From positions 17,161-81,160 of the forward strand of contig LBPS01000005.1 in NCBI GenBank assembly GCA_000990325.1: DNA of 64,000 nt, in the 5' to 3' direction. Position 1 is the stretch's first letter. Every line of letters begins with the position of its first letter. A program made the translations under genes and the position numbers. Positions 19,429 through 29,761 of the stretch are shown here, piece after piece. Origin of the DNA: Candidatus Nomurabacteria bacterium GW2011_GWE2_34_25 (GTDB taxonomy: Bacteria > Patescibacteriota > Minisyncoccia > Phycocordibacterales > UBA9973). The notes under the pieces are model-generated. The model saw nothing but the letters and a program-made list of their open reading frames with translations. It was not told the DNA's origin and searched no databases.

Positions 19429-20823
19429 CTACATTTTACTTATTTCATACCCTCCATTTACATCTTTTACTTCATATCCAAGTTCTGTTATCTTATCTCT
19501 GAGTTCATCGCTTTTTTGCCAGTTTTTATTATTTCGAGCAAGGAGTCTATCTTCTGCTAATTTTTTAATATCTTCAGGAATTACTTCTTCTGTTGATAAA
19601 TTATCTATAATATTTAAATTAAGCCCTAGAACTTTATCAAAGTCGAGTATTGTGGCAAGTTTGTCGGCATTTGAAATTCCATATTTAAAAACCTCGTTTA
19701 GAGTTGCAAGTGCTTTCGGCATATTTAAATCATCATTGATACTATCTAGGAATCTCTCCCTTAGTTCCATATTTATAAAACCTACATCCTTACCTAAAGC
19801 TTTCACTTTATTTAAAAGATTGTTATAACTTGTCTCTGTAGAAGCAACTATCTCATTATTCCATTCCATTTGTTTTCTATAGTGCACTCCAAATGTAGCT
19901 AAGCGATAGACCAGAGGATTTATGTCTTTGTCTAGAAATTCACTTTTAAGAGTGAGGAAGTTGCCAGTACTTTTCGCCATCTTCTCGCCATCTTTCATGT
20001 TTAAAAATTCTCCATGCATCCAGTAGTTGACCCAAGGCTTTATTCCTGTAGCACTTTCAGTTTGGGCAAGCTCATTTGTATGATGCAGGTTGATAAAGTC
20101 TACTCCACCTGCATGTATATCAAAGTGTTCGCCTAGGTACTTTACACTCATAGCCGAGCATTCTATGTGCCAGCCAGGGAATCCGATACCCCAAGGACTA
20201 TCCCATTCCATCTGTCTTTTTGTTTCTTTAGAAGAGAATTTCCAAAGAGCGAAGTCTGTCGCATTCCTTTTCTCATCATTTACTTCTACTCGTGCACCTT
20301 CTTTTAAATCCTCTAATTTTTGACCAGATAGTTTTGTATAATCAGGCACTTTTCCGGTATCAAAGTATATACCATCACTTGTTTTGTATGTAAAACCTTT
20401 CTTTTCAAGAACTTCTATCATTTCTATTTGTTCGTCTATATTCTCTGTCGCCTTACAAAGGATATCAGGAAAAATAATATTTAAGTTTAGTAAATCTTCT
20501 TTAAATTTTTCTGTATAAAATTCTGCTATTTGCCAAGCAGATTTATTTTCTTTCTTTGATTCCTTTTCTATTTTATCTTCACCCATATCTCGATCACCAG
20601 TCAGGTGTCCAACGTCGGTAATGTTCATGACATGCTTTACTCTGTAATCGTTGTAAGTGAGCACTTTCTTCAGCACATCCTCAAATACGTAAGTACGCAT
20701 GTTACCTATATGGGCATAGTTGTAAACCGTTGGCCCGCAAGTATATAAGCCAACCTCAAGTTCGGATATTGGTTTGAATTCTTCTTTCTCTCTAGTTAAA
20801 GTGTTGTATAATTTTAAAGCCAT
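19429..20823 (-). CDS. cysS: Cysteine--tRNA ligase
   Basis: CGPTVY, HIGN, PGWHIECS, KMAKS motifs. Confidence 0.98.
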   Translation of the reverse strand: MALKLYNTLTREKEEFKPISELEVGLYTCGPTVYNYAHIGNMRTYVFEDVLKKVLTYNDYRVKHVMNITDVGHLTGDRDMGEDKIEKESKKENKSAWQIAEFYTEKFKEDLLNLNIIFPDILCKATENIDEQIEMIEVLEKKGFTYKTSDGIYFDTGKVPDYTKLSGQKLEDLKEGARVEVNDEKRNATDFALWKFSSKETKRQMEWDSPWGIGFPGWHIECSAMSVKYLGEHFDIHAGGVDFINLHHTNELAQTESATGIKPWVNYWMHGEFLNMKDGEKMAKSTGNFLTLKSEFLDKDINPLVYRLATFGVHYRKQMEWNNEIVASTETSYNNLLNKVKALGKDVGFINMELRERFLDSINDDLNMPKALATLNEVFKYGISNADKLATILDFDKVLGLNLNIIDNLSTEEVIPEDIKKLAEDRLLARNNKNWQKSDELRDKITELGYEVKDVNGGYEISKM

Positions 20824-21308
20824 ATGAATATAATTAATAGTAGTATTAGACAAATGATAATAATGGACTTTATTTTAATCTTTCTTTTGTTTTTATTCAA
20901 CTCTTCTTTTAAATTCTGAATCTCGTTTACTCTCGATGTTAATTCTTTGTGATTGTTAAGGTGTATATTTTTTATAAGATGAGCTAATAATAATTTATGG
21001 CTGTTTATCTTTTCTCCTCCCACCACATCTAGCTCAACTTCATTTGAGAATTCACTGAATGCATCCATTCTTTCGTCATGAATAGATAAGAAGAAGTTGT
21101 CAGTTACAAAGAATACTAGCTTTCCCGGTACTGAGATATAGGTATAATCGTAATTTATATCGACACAATCCTCTCTGTTATCAATAATTATTCTTTCTTT
21201 TACAGAATTTGGTATAGGGTATAAATCAAGGGCGTGCTCGATCTCTTCTTTACTTGGTGACTCCAAATCAATCCAATTAAGCTCTTTATGGTTGTATTTT
21301 GAAATCAT
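20814..21308 (-). CDS. Hypothetical protein resembling a shortened CorA N-terminal region with one C-terminal TM
   Basis: WIDLESPSKEEI start; no GMN motif. Confidence 0.5.
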   Translation of the reverse strand: MISKYNHKELNWIDLESPSKEEIEHALDLYPIPNSVKERIIIDNREDCVDINYDYTYISVPGKLVFFVTDNFFLSIHDERMDAFSEFSNEVELDVVGGEKINSHKLLLAHLIKNIHLNNHKELTSRVNEIQNLKEELNKNKRKIKIKSIIIICLILLLIIFIWL

Positions 21309-21413
21309 ATAGATACAGTATACAGCGGGGGTTGCTTTTTTCAAAATATTTGTGTATTATGAGTCCTGTGGAAAACCTTAAATATCTAAGGTTTTCTATA
21401 ATATATAATATTT

Positions 21414-21776
21414 ATGGTTACAGCTAAAAAAACAACTAAAGTAGTAAAGGAGGAAAGCAAGGAATTTGCTGTAATTCTTACAGGCGGAAAGCAATACAAA
21501 GTCGCAGTTGGCGACATCTTGAAAGTTGAGAAACTAGAAGGGGATTTCGCTATTGGAGATAAGATAACTTTTGATAAAGTTTTACTAGTAGACAATGGCG
21601 TAGATACAACAATCGGTACCCCTTATATTAAAGGAGCTACTGTAGAATCACTATTTGTTAAGCTAGGCAAACACAAAACAGTCAAAGTAGTCAAATACCT
21701 ACAAAAAAGCCGATACTTGAAGAAGAACGGTCACCGCCAGCCTTTCATAGAAGTCAAAATCTCAGCAATCAAATAA
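21414..21776 (+). CDS. rplU: 50S ribosomal protein L21
   Basis: TGGKQYKV, GHRQPF motifs. Confidence 0.97.
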   Translation: MVTAKKTTKVVKEESKEFAVILTGGKQYKVAVGDILKVEKLEGDFAIGDKITFDKVLLVDNGVDTTIGTPYIKGATVESLFVKLGKHKTVKVVKYLQKSRYLKKNGHRQPFIEVKISAIK

Positions 21777-21804
21777 ACTCTTACAATAATACTCGTTAAA
21801 AACC

Positions 21805-21831
21805 CCAGCCCTAAGCCACGCTTAGGGCTGG
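21805..21831. repeat. Triloop palindrome (REP-like) / terminator after rplU
   Basis: ccagccctaagc-cac-gcttagggctgg. Confidence 0.7.
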
Positions 21832-21945
21832 TTTCCTATTTGACAAGACCCAGTTTTAAGTGTAATCTGGGCTTAAAATTCGGAATAAATATTTTAATTT
21901 TCTTATCTATAAACCGAACCAAAAGGTTCATTAAATCAAATTATT

Positions 21946-22869
21946 ATGGATGTATTAGATTTTCGCTTTCGTTTTGCAAAAAAACAACTCGAGTTAATGA
22001 CACTCTTATGTGTGGGTCTTGACCCCGACATAGCTTTACTACCAGCGGTATATCAAGCAAAAATTGAAAAAGCCGGTTCTGATGAAGAAAAAGCATATAT
22101 TGTGTTAGATTGGGCAAAAGAAATTGTTGATGCTACGATTGAACATGTTTGTATGTATAAACCTCAAATTGCACACTGGGAAGCACTTGGAACAAGTGGA
22201 TTAAAAGTACTCACGTTACTTGTGTCATATATACACGCGAAAGATCCATGGGTAGTCGTTTTTTTAGACTGCAAAAGGGGAGACATCGACAACACTCAGG
22301 ACAAATATGGAGTAGCCTGCTTCGAAAAGTATGGAGTTGATGGAATGAACTTTAGCCCATATATGGGAAAAAGTTGCATGAAAGCTTTATATAATAAAAA
22401 CCATCCGGAAAGATCTTTGGTTGGGCTATGTTATACAAGTAATCCCGATGCTCGAGAAATGCAAGATGTCGTACTAGCAGACAGTGGTGATACTTATTGG
22501 CAGTATACTGCTAAGCGTACATTAGCATGGGCCGAAGAATTAGGCCTTGGTGTTTTGAATAATGCTGGATTAGTTATGGCTGCTGCATACCCTGACAAAA
22601 ATAACCCAGAAATTATTCATAGTGAACATCTTGTAATTTGTCGTAAAATTGTAGGTGACAAATTATGGTTTTTAATCCCAGGCATTGGAGCACAAGGTGG
22701 TCTAATGAAGGAAACAATTGTAAAATCATATACTGAACCAGGGTCAATTGTCGTCACTGAAAGCCGAAGTATTATTTTTGCAAGTAAAGGTGATGACTAT
22801 GCTCTATCAGCCAATTTGGCTGCTGAAAAATCTCATAATACAATGAAGCAAGTATTAGCTTCAATGTAG
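21946..22869 (+). CDS. pyrF: Orotidine-5'-phosphate decarboxylase
   Basis: LCVGLDP, DCKRGDI, TSNP, PGIGAQGG motifs. Confidence 0.93.
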   Translation: MDVLDFRFRFAKKQLELMTLLCVGLDPDIALLPAVYQAKIEKAGSDEEKAYIVLDWAKEIVDATIEHVCMYKPQIAHWEALGTSGLKVLTLLVSYIHAKDPWVVVFLDCKRGDIDNTQDKYGVACFEKYGVDGMNFSPYMGKSCMKALYNKNHPERSLVGLCYTSNPDAREMQDVVLADSGDTYWQYTAKRTLAWAEELGLGVLNNAGLVMAAAYPDKNNPEIIHSEHLVICRKIVGDKLWFLIPGIGAQGGLMKETIVKSYTEPGSIVVTESRSIIFASKGDDYALSANLAAEKSHNTMKQVLASM

Positions 22870-22886
22870 TGCTGTCAGAATTTTAA

Positions 22887-22936
22887 CAAAAAATAAGAGC
22901 GTATGAGAAAATTTTCTCATACGCTCTTTATTTTTT
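22887..22936. terminator. Bidirectional terminator between pyrF and pyrE-like gene
   Basis: aagagcgtatgagaaa-at-tttctcatacgctctt with A/T tails. Confidence 0.8.
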
Positions 22937-22948
22937 ACTACTTAAATT

Positions 22949-23986
22949 TTAACTCATTTCTTTTTCGGCAAGGAACGATTTATATCTCTTATCGAAACCA
23001 TTGATTTCATCAATCATAGCCTTGATAGTTTTATGAGGGTAAAAATGCAGTCTTTGTATTTCGCCATTCAAAACCCAAAAAGGAAGAAGGGAATCAATTT
23101 CGCACACCTCGGCTAATCGCACCTCTTTATTGCTGATATTAATTTCTCCGGAAAATTGTTTTTTGAGACAATCAAATCCGTATGAAAATATCGAAAAACA
23201 ATAATTGCAAATCATTCCCGCCTGGCGTGCCTTATAAACCTCAAATGCAGATGAACCTCCTGTCGAAAACAAATCTTCAATAACTACAGCTTTTAGCCCT
23301 ACTAATTGATAGGAATCCATTTTCCGATGCATGTATCCTGTAAAATAACTTCCGGAAAGTTGTAATCTGAATTCGTTTTTAAGAATAGAAATTGAATTTC
23401 TTGAATCCTCATTTTCCTCAGAAGAGTATAAGAAGATAAATTTCATTCCCGGTTTAACAATGCCTTCAATCAGCATCTTTTTACCATGATCTTTAGTTTC
23501 GTTTCTTACGTATGCAAATGGTTTCCTAAATTTATTCGCATATTGTATTCCATAGGGTATTGATGCTACATTTGTAATAACAACATCAAATTCCTGATCA
23601 TTAAGAATTGAGACTATTTCTTTGTCACATAGTTCAATTTCATAAGCATAATATTCATCTTTTTGATGAATCAAAAGTTCTTTTGATAGAGCCTTGGCGA
23701 CAGCAGTAGCAGGTGCAATACCGGAAGTTGAAGTTCCAATGATAAAATCTGGGTTGATTTTATTTTTCCAGATTAAATTTACAAAACCTTTTGTAATTCT
23801 CATACGGTGCTTGAAATTTCCTAGCATCATACGATTGTCGTTGTAAATTCTCATGAGCATTCCACATGCCCACTTGTAGGGATCCTCAGTCAGTTTTTTG
23901 AAGGTTGTTGCTTTAATAAAAAGCATAGTTCTTGCAATTTTCATTGCTAACCAAAACTCAAATACCAATGCTGGTTTCTTCTTCAT
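22949..23986 (-). CDS. Orotate phosphoribosyltransferase-like protein, extended
   Basis: YNDNR, AYVRNETKDHG, VVIEDLFSTGGS PRPP-binding motif. Confidence 0.75.
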   Translation of the reverse strand: MKKKPALVFEFWLAMKIARTMLFIKATTFKKLTEDPYKWACGMLMRIYNDNRMMLGNFKHRMRITKGFVNLIWKNKINPDFIIGTSTSGIAPATAVAKALSKELLIHQKDEYYAYEIELCDKEIVSILNDQEFDVVITNVASIPYGIQYANKFRKPFAYVRNETKDHGKKMLIEGIVKPGMKFIFLYSSEENEDSRNSISILKNEFRLQLSGSYFTGYMHRKMDSYQLVGLKAVVIEDLFSTGGSSAFEVYKARQAGMICNYCFSIFSYGFDCLKKQFSGEINISNKEVRLAEVCEIDSLLPFWVLNGEIQRLHFYPHKTIKAMIDEINGFDKRYKSFLAEKEMS

Positions 23987-24097
23987 TTTTTAGTTTTTTT
24001 ATGAGCTATTTCTAAGCTCGGGGTTTATATTACAAGATTCATTTTTTCTTCATATTACCTTTTAGTGACGATTTGTCAAACTGCTACTTGAATATTA

Positions 24098-24135
24098 TAA
24101 AAGGCAGATTCATAATAAATGAATTCTGCCTTTTA
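24098..24135 (-). terminator. Terminator after recR
   Basis: taaaaggcaga...tctgcctttta hairpin. Confidence 0.65.
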
Positions 24136-24141
24136 AATTTT

Positions 24142-24756
24142 TTATGCTCTATTTCTTAATGCATTTTTGATTGTTTCAGAGTCTGAGTATTCTAGTTCTG
24201 TGCCGGTGGAGAGGCCTCGGCCGAGAGAGACAATGTTGAAACTGTATTTATCTTTTAAGGGCGTTAGTATTTCACGTAAATACATATCAGTGTGCTCACC
24301 TTGAGGGTTTAATGACAGAGCAATGATAACTTCTTTTAACCCATTTTGCTTGACTTGATTTTCAATATTACGGAGAAGTTCTTTTGTTCGGACATAGTTG
24401 GGGGTATCTTTGGTAACTATTGGCACAAGACCACCTAATATAAAATACATGCCACTATAATTACGACTTCTTCTTATATTTTCATAGTCAGCATCTTTTT
24501 CAACAATTAGAAGGGAGGTCTTGTCGGTTTTAGGATTACTACACACATCACAAAGTTGGTCTTGAGTCGACTGGAAGAATAGGAAGCAAGAAGGGCACTG
24601 GTGAATAGTATTTTTCAAATCAAGAATTTTATCTCCGAGTTCTTTCACATAACTTGGATTTTTGTGTAGCAAAAAATACACAAAACGCTTGGCTTGCCTC
24701 TCGCCAATCCCTGGAAATTCTTTAAAATGTTCTGTAAGTTTATTAATCGGATCCAT
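24142..24756 (-). CDS. recR: Recombination mediator RecR
   Basis: FPGIGERQAKR HhH, C4 zinc finger, Toprim, ELEYSD; start MDPINKL. Confidence 0.95.
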   Translation of the reverse strand: MDPINKLTEHFKEFPGIGERQAKRFVYFLLHKNPSYVKELGDKILDLKNTIHQCPSCFLFFQSTQDQLCDVCSNPKTDKTSLLIVEKDADYENIRRSRNYSGMYFILGGLVPIVTKDTPNYVRTKELLRNIENQVKQNGLKEVIIALSLNPQGEHTDMYLREILTPLKDKYSFNIVSLGRGLSTGTELEYSDSETIKNALRNRA

Positions 24757-24760
24757 ATGT

Positions 24761-24808
24761 TTACCGAAGCCTTGCTTCGGTGAGCTCACCGAAGCAAGGC
24801 TTCGGTAA
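24761..24808. repeat. Perfect 48-bp palindrome made of two inverted REP-like hairpins
   Basis: ttaccgaagccttgcttcggtgag|ctcaccgaagcaaggcttcggtaa. Confidence 0.9.
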
Positions 24809-24833
24809 CGCTAATAAATGCTAATAAATTTAA

Positions 24834-26225
24834 TTAAAACTGATCCATGTCTCCGCCACTATTTCCTGTTGGAACGTATTGATGTCCACCTGTTTTATCT
24901 ATCGATACGAAAGTTGTAGTCTTCTCGTCGAAGTAAAGATCAACCTTACCAACTGGGCCATTTCTATGCTTTTCAATAAGTATTTCAGCGATGTTTGTCT
25001 TCTCACTTTCATCTTTACCTTTATCTTCTCTGTGTATGAACATAACGATGTCGGCATCCTGCTCGATAGATCCTGAGTCACGGAGGTCAGAAAGGCGAGG
25101 ACGTCCTCCACGAGATTCAACAGCACGAGAAAGCTGAGAGAGAGCAAGCACTGGCACGTCGAATTCTTTCGCAAGAGATTTGAGAGAACGTGAAATTTCT
25201 GTCACTTGGTTTACCATGTTGTCATAATTCTTTGAAGTAGACATAAGCTGTAAATAGTCAACAATAATGAGCCCTATACCATGCTCAGCCCTGATACGAC
25301 GACAAACAGAACGCATACGAACGATAGAGTTACCAGCTAAGTCGTCGACGAAAATAGGAGCCTTAGAAAGGCTATCGAGAGAGTCACGGATTTTAGCAAA
25401 TTCACTTTCAGCTGTTAAGTTTCCAGTACGAAGATTCCAAGCATTGACTCGTGATTGAGCGGCGAGCATTCTATCTACAAGCTGTTGAGTACTCATTTCA
25501 AGAGAAAAGATAACGGTAGGAGTTCCGTGATTCATTGCTGCTTGGCGAGCGATATCGAGTGCAAGAGTTGTCTTACCCATAGAAGGACGAGCTGCAAGAA
25601 TAATCAAGTCAGACTTCTGAAGACCAGAAAGGTATTGATCGAGATCGTGGAAGCCTGTTGGTACTCCACGAAGCTCACCCTTACTTTCATGAAGCTTCTC
25701 CAAGCGTTCCCATGCTTCAGGCAAGCTGTCTTTCAGAGAAGTGAAAGCATGCCCGGACATATTATTGTTGATACCCATCATTCTCTTTTCAGCTTGATCT
25801 AGAATTTCGAAGACATTCTCTACTTCTTCGGTAAAACCGAGCTCAGAAATATCACCTCCCGCGTCAATAATTTTTCTTAAGAGATGTTTCTGTGCTACTA
25901 AGTCCGCATAATATTTAATATTGGTAGATGCAGGCACAGAATTACTAAGCTCAGTTAGGTAACTATTACCACCGACAGAATCGAGCATTCCTTTTTCTTT
26001 AAGTTTATTTGAGACAGTAAGAAGGTCAATAGGGTCACCCTTACTTGAAAGCTCGAGCATTATCTTGTAAATATTTGAATGTTTGGCAACATAAAAAGAG
26101 TCAACATTGATGATATCATTGATTTCATGAATAGCTGAAGGGCGAAGCATTATAGAACCGAGAACTGCCTTTTCTCCATCAATGCTTTGTGGAGGAATAC
26201 GAATATTTGTTTTTTTGTCTGACAT
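24834..26225 (-). CDS. dnaB: Replicative DNA helicase
   Basis: AARPSMGKT, DYLQL, SDLRDSGSIEQDAD motifs. Confidence 0.98.
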   Translation of the reverse strand: MSDKKTNIRIPPQSIDGEKAVLGSIMLRPSAIHEINDIINVDSFYVAKHSNIYKIMLELSSKGDPIDLLTVSNKLKEKGMLDSVGGNSYLTELSNSVPASTNIKYYADLVAQKHLLRKIIDAGGDISELGFTEEVENVFEILDQAEKRMMGINNNMSGHAFTSLKDSLPEAWERLEKLHESKGELRGVPTGFHDLDQYLSGLQKSDLIILAARPSMGKTTLALDIARQAAMNHGTPTVIFSLEMSTQQLVDRMLAAQSRVNAWNLRTGNLTAESEFAKIRDSLDSLSKAPIFVDDLAGNSIVRMRSVCRRIRAEHGIGLIIVDYLQLMSTSKNYDNMVNQVTEISRSLKSLAKEFDVPVLALSQLSRAVESRGGRPRLSDLRDSGSIEQDADIVMFIHREDKGKDESEKTNIAEILIEKHRNGPVGKVDLYFDEKTTTFVSIDKTGGHQYVPTGNSGGDMDQF

Positions 26226-26328
26226 AGGCCTTATTGTATCACAGTAAAAATTATGTCCAATCTTGTTATTCGAATAAATGTGTGGGTAAAATGTGCAAAA
26301 CTATTGATATTTTGGTATTATATAGAGT

Positions 26329-27336
26329 ATGTCAAAAGATATTAAAATTGTTATGACGGGAGATCGTCCAACAGGTAGATTACACCTTGGGCATTTTGTT
26401 GGTTCTATCCAAAATAGAGTTAAATTACAAGATGAAGCTGAGCAATCGTTTTATATGATAGCTGATTTACAAGCTTTGACAGATAATGCAAATAATCCAG
26501 AAAAAGTAAGTTCCAATGTTTTAGAAGTAGCTCTCGACAATCTAGCTTGTGGAGTTGATCCTAAAAAGACGATAATGTTCGTTCAGTCTAAAATTCCAGA
26601 GATAGCAGAACTTACAGTTTTATTTTTAAATCTTGTAACACTCGCTCGCTTAAAGAGAAATCCAACCGTCAAAGATGAAATGAGGCAAAAAGGCTTTGGA
26701 GAAAATGTTCCTGCTGGCTTTTTAGCTTATCCAGTCTCTCAAGCTGCTGATATTTTATTCTGTAAAAGTAATTTGATCCCAGTAGGTGAGGATCAGCTAC
26801 CAGTTATAGAACAAGTTAACGAAATAGTAGATGATTTTAATCGTTTCTATGGAAAAACTTTTGATCGAGTTAAGCATTTAGTTGGAGATACTCCTCGGTT
26901 GCTTGGTATTGATGGAAATGTAAAGATGAGTAAATCTTTGAATAATGGAATTTATCTTTCTGACAGTTTTGAAGAAATATCCAAAAAAGTTATGAGTATG
27001 TACACTGATCCAAAGCATATTCATGTAAAAGACAAGGGAGAAGTTAAGGGTAATGTTGTGTTTTCTTATCTTGATATTTTTGATCCAAATAAAGAAGAAG
27101 TTGCAGAATTAAAAACTCAATATAAAAAAGGTGGATTAGGGGATGTTATTATCAAGAAAAGATTAATAGGGGTCCTTGAAAATATAATTGGTCCAATAAG
27201 AAAGAAAAGGGAAGAATTAGCTAAAAATCCTAAAGAAGTTATGAAAATTCTAGAAGAAGGAACTAATCAAGCTCAAAAAATTGCACAAGAAACAATGGTC
27301 GAAGTGCGGAAGGCATTAAAAATTAATTATTTTTAA
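26329..27336 (+). CDS. trpS: Tryptophan--tRNA ligase
   Basis: TGDRPTGRLHLGH, YPVSQAADI, KMSKS motifs. Confidence 0.97.
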   Translation: MSKDIKIVMTGDRPTGRLHLGHFVGSIQNRVKLQDEAEQSFYMIADLQALTDNANNPEKVSSNVLEVALDNLACGVDPKKTIMFVQSKIPEIAELTVLFLNLVTLARLKRNPTVKDEMRQKGFGENVPAGFLAYPVSQAADILFCKSNLIPVGEDQLPVIEQVNEIVDDFNRFYGKTFDRVKHLVGDTPRLLGIDGNVKMSKSLNNGIYLSDSFEEISKKVMSMYTDPKHIHVKDKGEVKGNVVFSYLDIFDPNKEEVAELKTQYKKGGLGDVIIKKRLIGVLENIIGPIRKKREELAKNPKEVMKILEEGTNQAQKIAQETMVEVRKALKINYF

Positions 27337-27339
27337 TTT

Positions 27340-27555
27340 ATGAAATTTGTACGCATCTTACTAACGATAGTATTTGGAGTTATCTATTGGCCTGTTAATT
27401 TACTCCATACAAAGGTTCAAAAATGGTATTTTGCAGAGAAGAAAAGGGACATCGTAGTTTGGTATTTATTTACTCCTATTTATTGGATAATTGTTGCAAT
27501 TACTTTTATTATTTCCGTTCCTTATGAATTTGTCATAGCCCGAGATTTACATTAA
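27340..27555 (+). CDS. Small membrane protein
   Basis: 71 aa, two hydrophobic segments, in operon context. Confidence 0.6.
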   Translation: MKFVRILLTIVFGVIYWPVNLLHTKVQKWYFAEKKRDIVVWYLFTPIYWIIVAITFIISVPYEFVIARDLH

Positions 27556-27591
27556 TCATTTTTATTATTAATATTATTATTCAATATACAT

Positions 27592-28938
27592 ATGCAGCGC
27601 ACATACATTAAAGATTTAAAAGATTTTATAGGAGAAACTATCAGTATTTCAGGCTGGGTAGATGTTCGTCGTGATCAGGGAAAGATGATATTTTTAGATT
27701 TTCGTGATATGACAGGGAAAGTACAAGGAGTTATCTTGCCAAATTACACAGATACTATAGAAGTAGGTAAAACTTTACGCAATGAATTCGCTGTGAAGAT
27801 TAATGGTAAGGTTAACAAAAGACCTGAAAGGAATATAAAAGAAGGAGTTTTGAATGGTGATATAGAGCTTGAAATACAAGAAATAGAAGTGCTAGCTTCA
27901 TCGGCACCTTTACCTTTTGATATATCTCTTAGTGGTTATAATTTGGAATTAACAACAGAACTTGATAACAGAGCTTTAGTTTTAAGACAACCAAAAGTTC
28001 AAGCTATATTTAAAATAGAAGAGACTGTCATAGACTCATTTCGTGATTTTATGAAGCAAAATAATTTCTTCGAATTTCAAGCGCCCTCGATGGTACCAGC
28101 TACTGCTGAAGGCGGAGCAGAAGTATTCCAAATAGATTACTTTGGTAAAAAGGCATACTTATCACAATCACCTCAACTTTACAAACAAATAGTAATGTCA
28201 GCTTTTGAAAGATGCTTCTCTGTGAACAAGGTGTTCCGTGCTGAGCCATCTTCAACAACAAGACATTTGACGGAGATAGTATCACTTGATGCTGAGATGG
28301 CATTTATTGATTCATGGCTTGACGTTCGTGATTTAGCTGAAAATACAGTTAAACATATCTTGAAACAAGTAGAAGTGAGAAATGCTGAACATTTAAAATT
28401 ATTAGAAGTAGAGCTTCCTGTCATGATAGAGAAAACACCAACTCTTTCGCTTAGAGAAGTTCAGCAAAAGATTTTTGATAAATTTGATCGTGATGTTCGT
28501 GGTGAAAAAGACACAAACGCACAAGACGAGAGAGAGATCTGTGAAATAATTAAAGAAGAAACAGGTTCAGACTTTGTATTCATATATGGATATCCAACTC
28601 GCAAAAAGCCTTTCTATATTTATCCAAACCCAGATGAACCAGAATATAACGAAGGAATGGACTTAATCTGTCGTGGAGTTGAATGGCTTTCTGGCGGTAG
28701 AAGAATCAATAATTATGATCAATTACAAAAACATGTAGAACTTTGGAATATGGATCCAAGTAAAGTCAAAATGTTCCTTGAAGCCTTTAAATATGGTGTT
28801 CCTCCAGAAGGAGGCTTCGCCTTTGGAGCAGAACGTATCACAATGCAATTATTGGGCCTTAAAAATATTCGTGAGGCCTGTATGTTCCCAAGAGATATGA
28901 ATCGAATTGATGAAAGATTAACAGATGAAGGATATTAA
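27592..28938 (+). CDS. aspS: Aspartate--tRNA(Asp/Asn) ligase, short archaeal-type, probably non-discriminating
   Basis: QSPQLYKQ, FRAE, GVPPEGGFAFGAER; 448 aa, no GAD insert. Confidence 0.9.
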   Translation: MQRTYIKDLKDFIGETISISGWVDVRRDQGKMIFLDFRDMTGKVQGVILPNYTDTIEVGKTLRNEFAVKINGKVNKRPERNIKEGVLNGDIELEIQEIEVLASSAPLPFDISLSGYNLELTTELDNRALVLRQPKVQAIFKIEETVIDSFRDFMKQNNFFEFQAPSMVPATAEGGAEVFQIDYFGKKAYLSQSPQLYKQIVMSAFERCFSVNKVFRAEPSSTTRHLTEIVSLDAEMAFIDSWLDVRDLAENTVKHILKQVEVRNAEHLKLLEVELPVMIEKTPTLSLREVQQKIFDKFDRDVRGEKDTNAQDEREICEIIKEETGSDFVFIYGYPTRKKPFYIYPNPDEPEYNEGMDLICRGVEWLSGGRRINNYDQLQKHVELWNMDPSKVKMFLEAFKYGVPPEGGFAFGAERITMQLLGLKNIREACMFPRDMNRIDERLTDEGY

Positions 28939-28943
28939 TTAAT

Positions 28944-29720
28944 ATGGAAGATACAGGTCTCACGTCTACCTATAAAGTTAAAGCGGGTACTTTTGAAGGG
29001 CCACTTGATATACTTCTTTCTTTAATTGAACAAAGAAAGCTTTTCGTGAATGAAATATCACTTGCAGAAGTTACCAACGATTACATTGCTTATGTAAAAT
29101 CTATTTCAGACACAAATAGGAGTATCAACGATGTCTCATACTTTGTACTTATCGCTGCTACACTTATCCTGATCAAATCCAAATCATTACTTCCAAATCT
29201 CACACTAACAGAAGATGAGACAGAAAAGATAGTTGACCTCGAAGCAAGACTTAGACTTTATCAGATTATCAAAAACGCAGGTGTTGATATAAAAGCAAAT
29301 TTTGGGACTAAAATTATATTTACTCCCACTGATCGTATTTGGAGTGAGCCCATCTTTTCACCTGACCCGCTTATAACTGTTCCGAATATTTTTTCATCTA
29401 TACAAAGTGTTTTAGCAGAGGTTCCTAAAAAAGAAACAAAACTTCCAGAAATTGAGATAAAAAAGATTATAAATATAGATCAAGTTATCAATAGTTTAAC
29501 CGATCGTATACAAAATGCCATGAATATTTCCTTCCGTGAATTTTCAAAAAGTCATGGAGCAGGGGATGCCGAAGAGGCTAAGGTGCACGTTATAGTTTCT
29601 TTCTTAGCCATGTTAGAATTAGTTAGAGAAGGATTGATAGATGTCATACAGAAAGCTTCTTTTGAGGATATAGAAATAAATAAACAGCAAGAACCTACCT
29701 TGGAAATTATTAATAATTAA
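28944..29720 (+). CDS. scpA: Segregation and condensation protein A
   Basis: FEGPLDILL, SFLAMLELV motifs. Confidence 0.93.
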   Translation: MEDTGLTSTYKVKAGTFEGPLDILLSLIEQRKLFVNEISLAEVTNDYIAYVKSISDTNRSINDVSYFVLIAATLILIKSKSLLPNLTLTEDETEKIVDLEARLRLYQIIKNAGVDIKANFGTKIIFTPTDRIWSEPIFSPDPLITVPNIFSSIQSVLAEVPKKETKLPEIEIKKIINIDQVINSLTDRIQNAMNISFREFSKSHGAGDAEEAKVHVIVSFLAMLELVREGLIDVIQKASFEDIEINKQQEPTLEIINN

Positions 29721-29726
29721 TTAATA

Positions 29727-29760
29727 CTAGAAGCTAGAACCTAGTTACTAGAACCTAACC
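29727..29760. repeat. Heptamer tandem array (CTAGAAC-like, 5 copies)
   Basis: ctagaag ctagaac ctagtta ctagaac ctaacc between scpA and scpB. Confidence 0.7.
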
Positions 29761-29761
29761 T

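Noticed and set aside
24757-24789. N-terminal extension MSSPKQGFGKH of RecR
   Set aside because: Derived from the 48-bp palindrome; MDPINKL is the typical RecR start.
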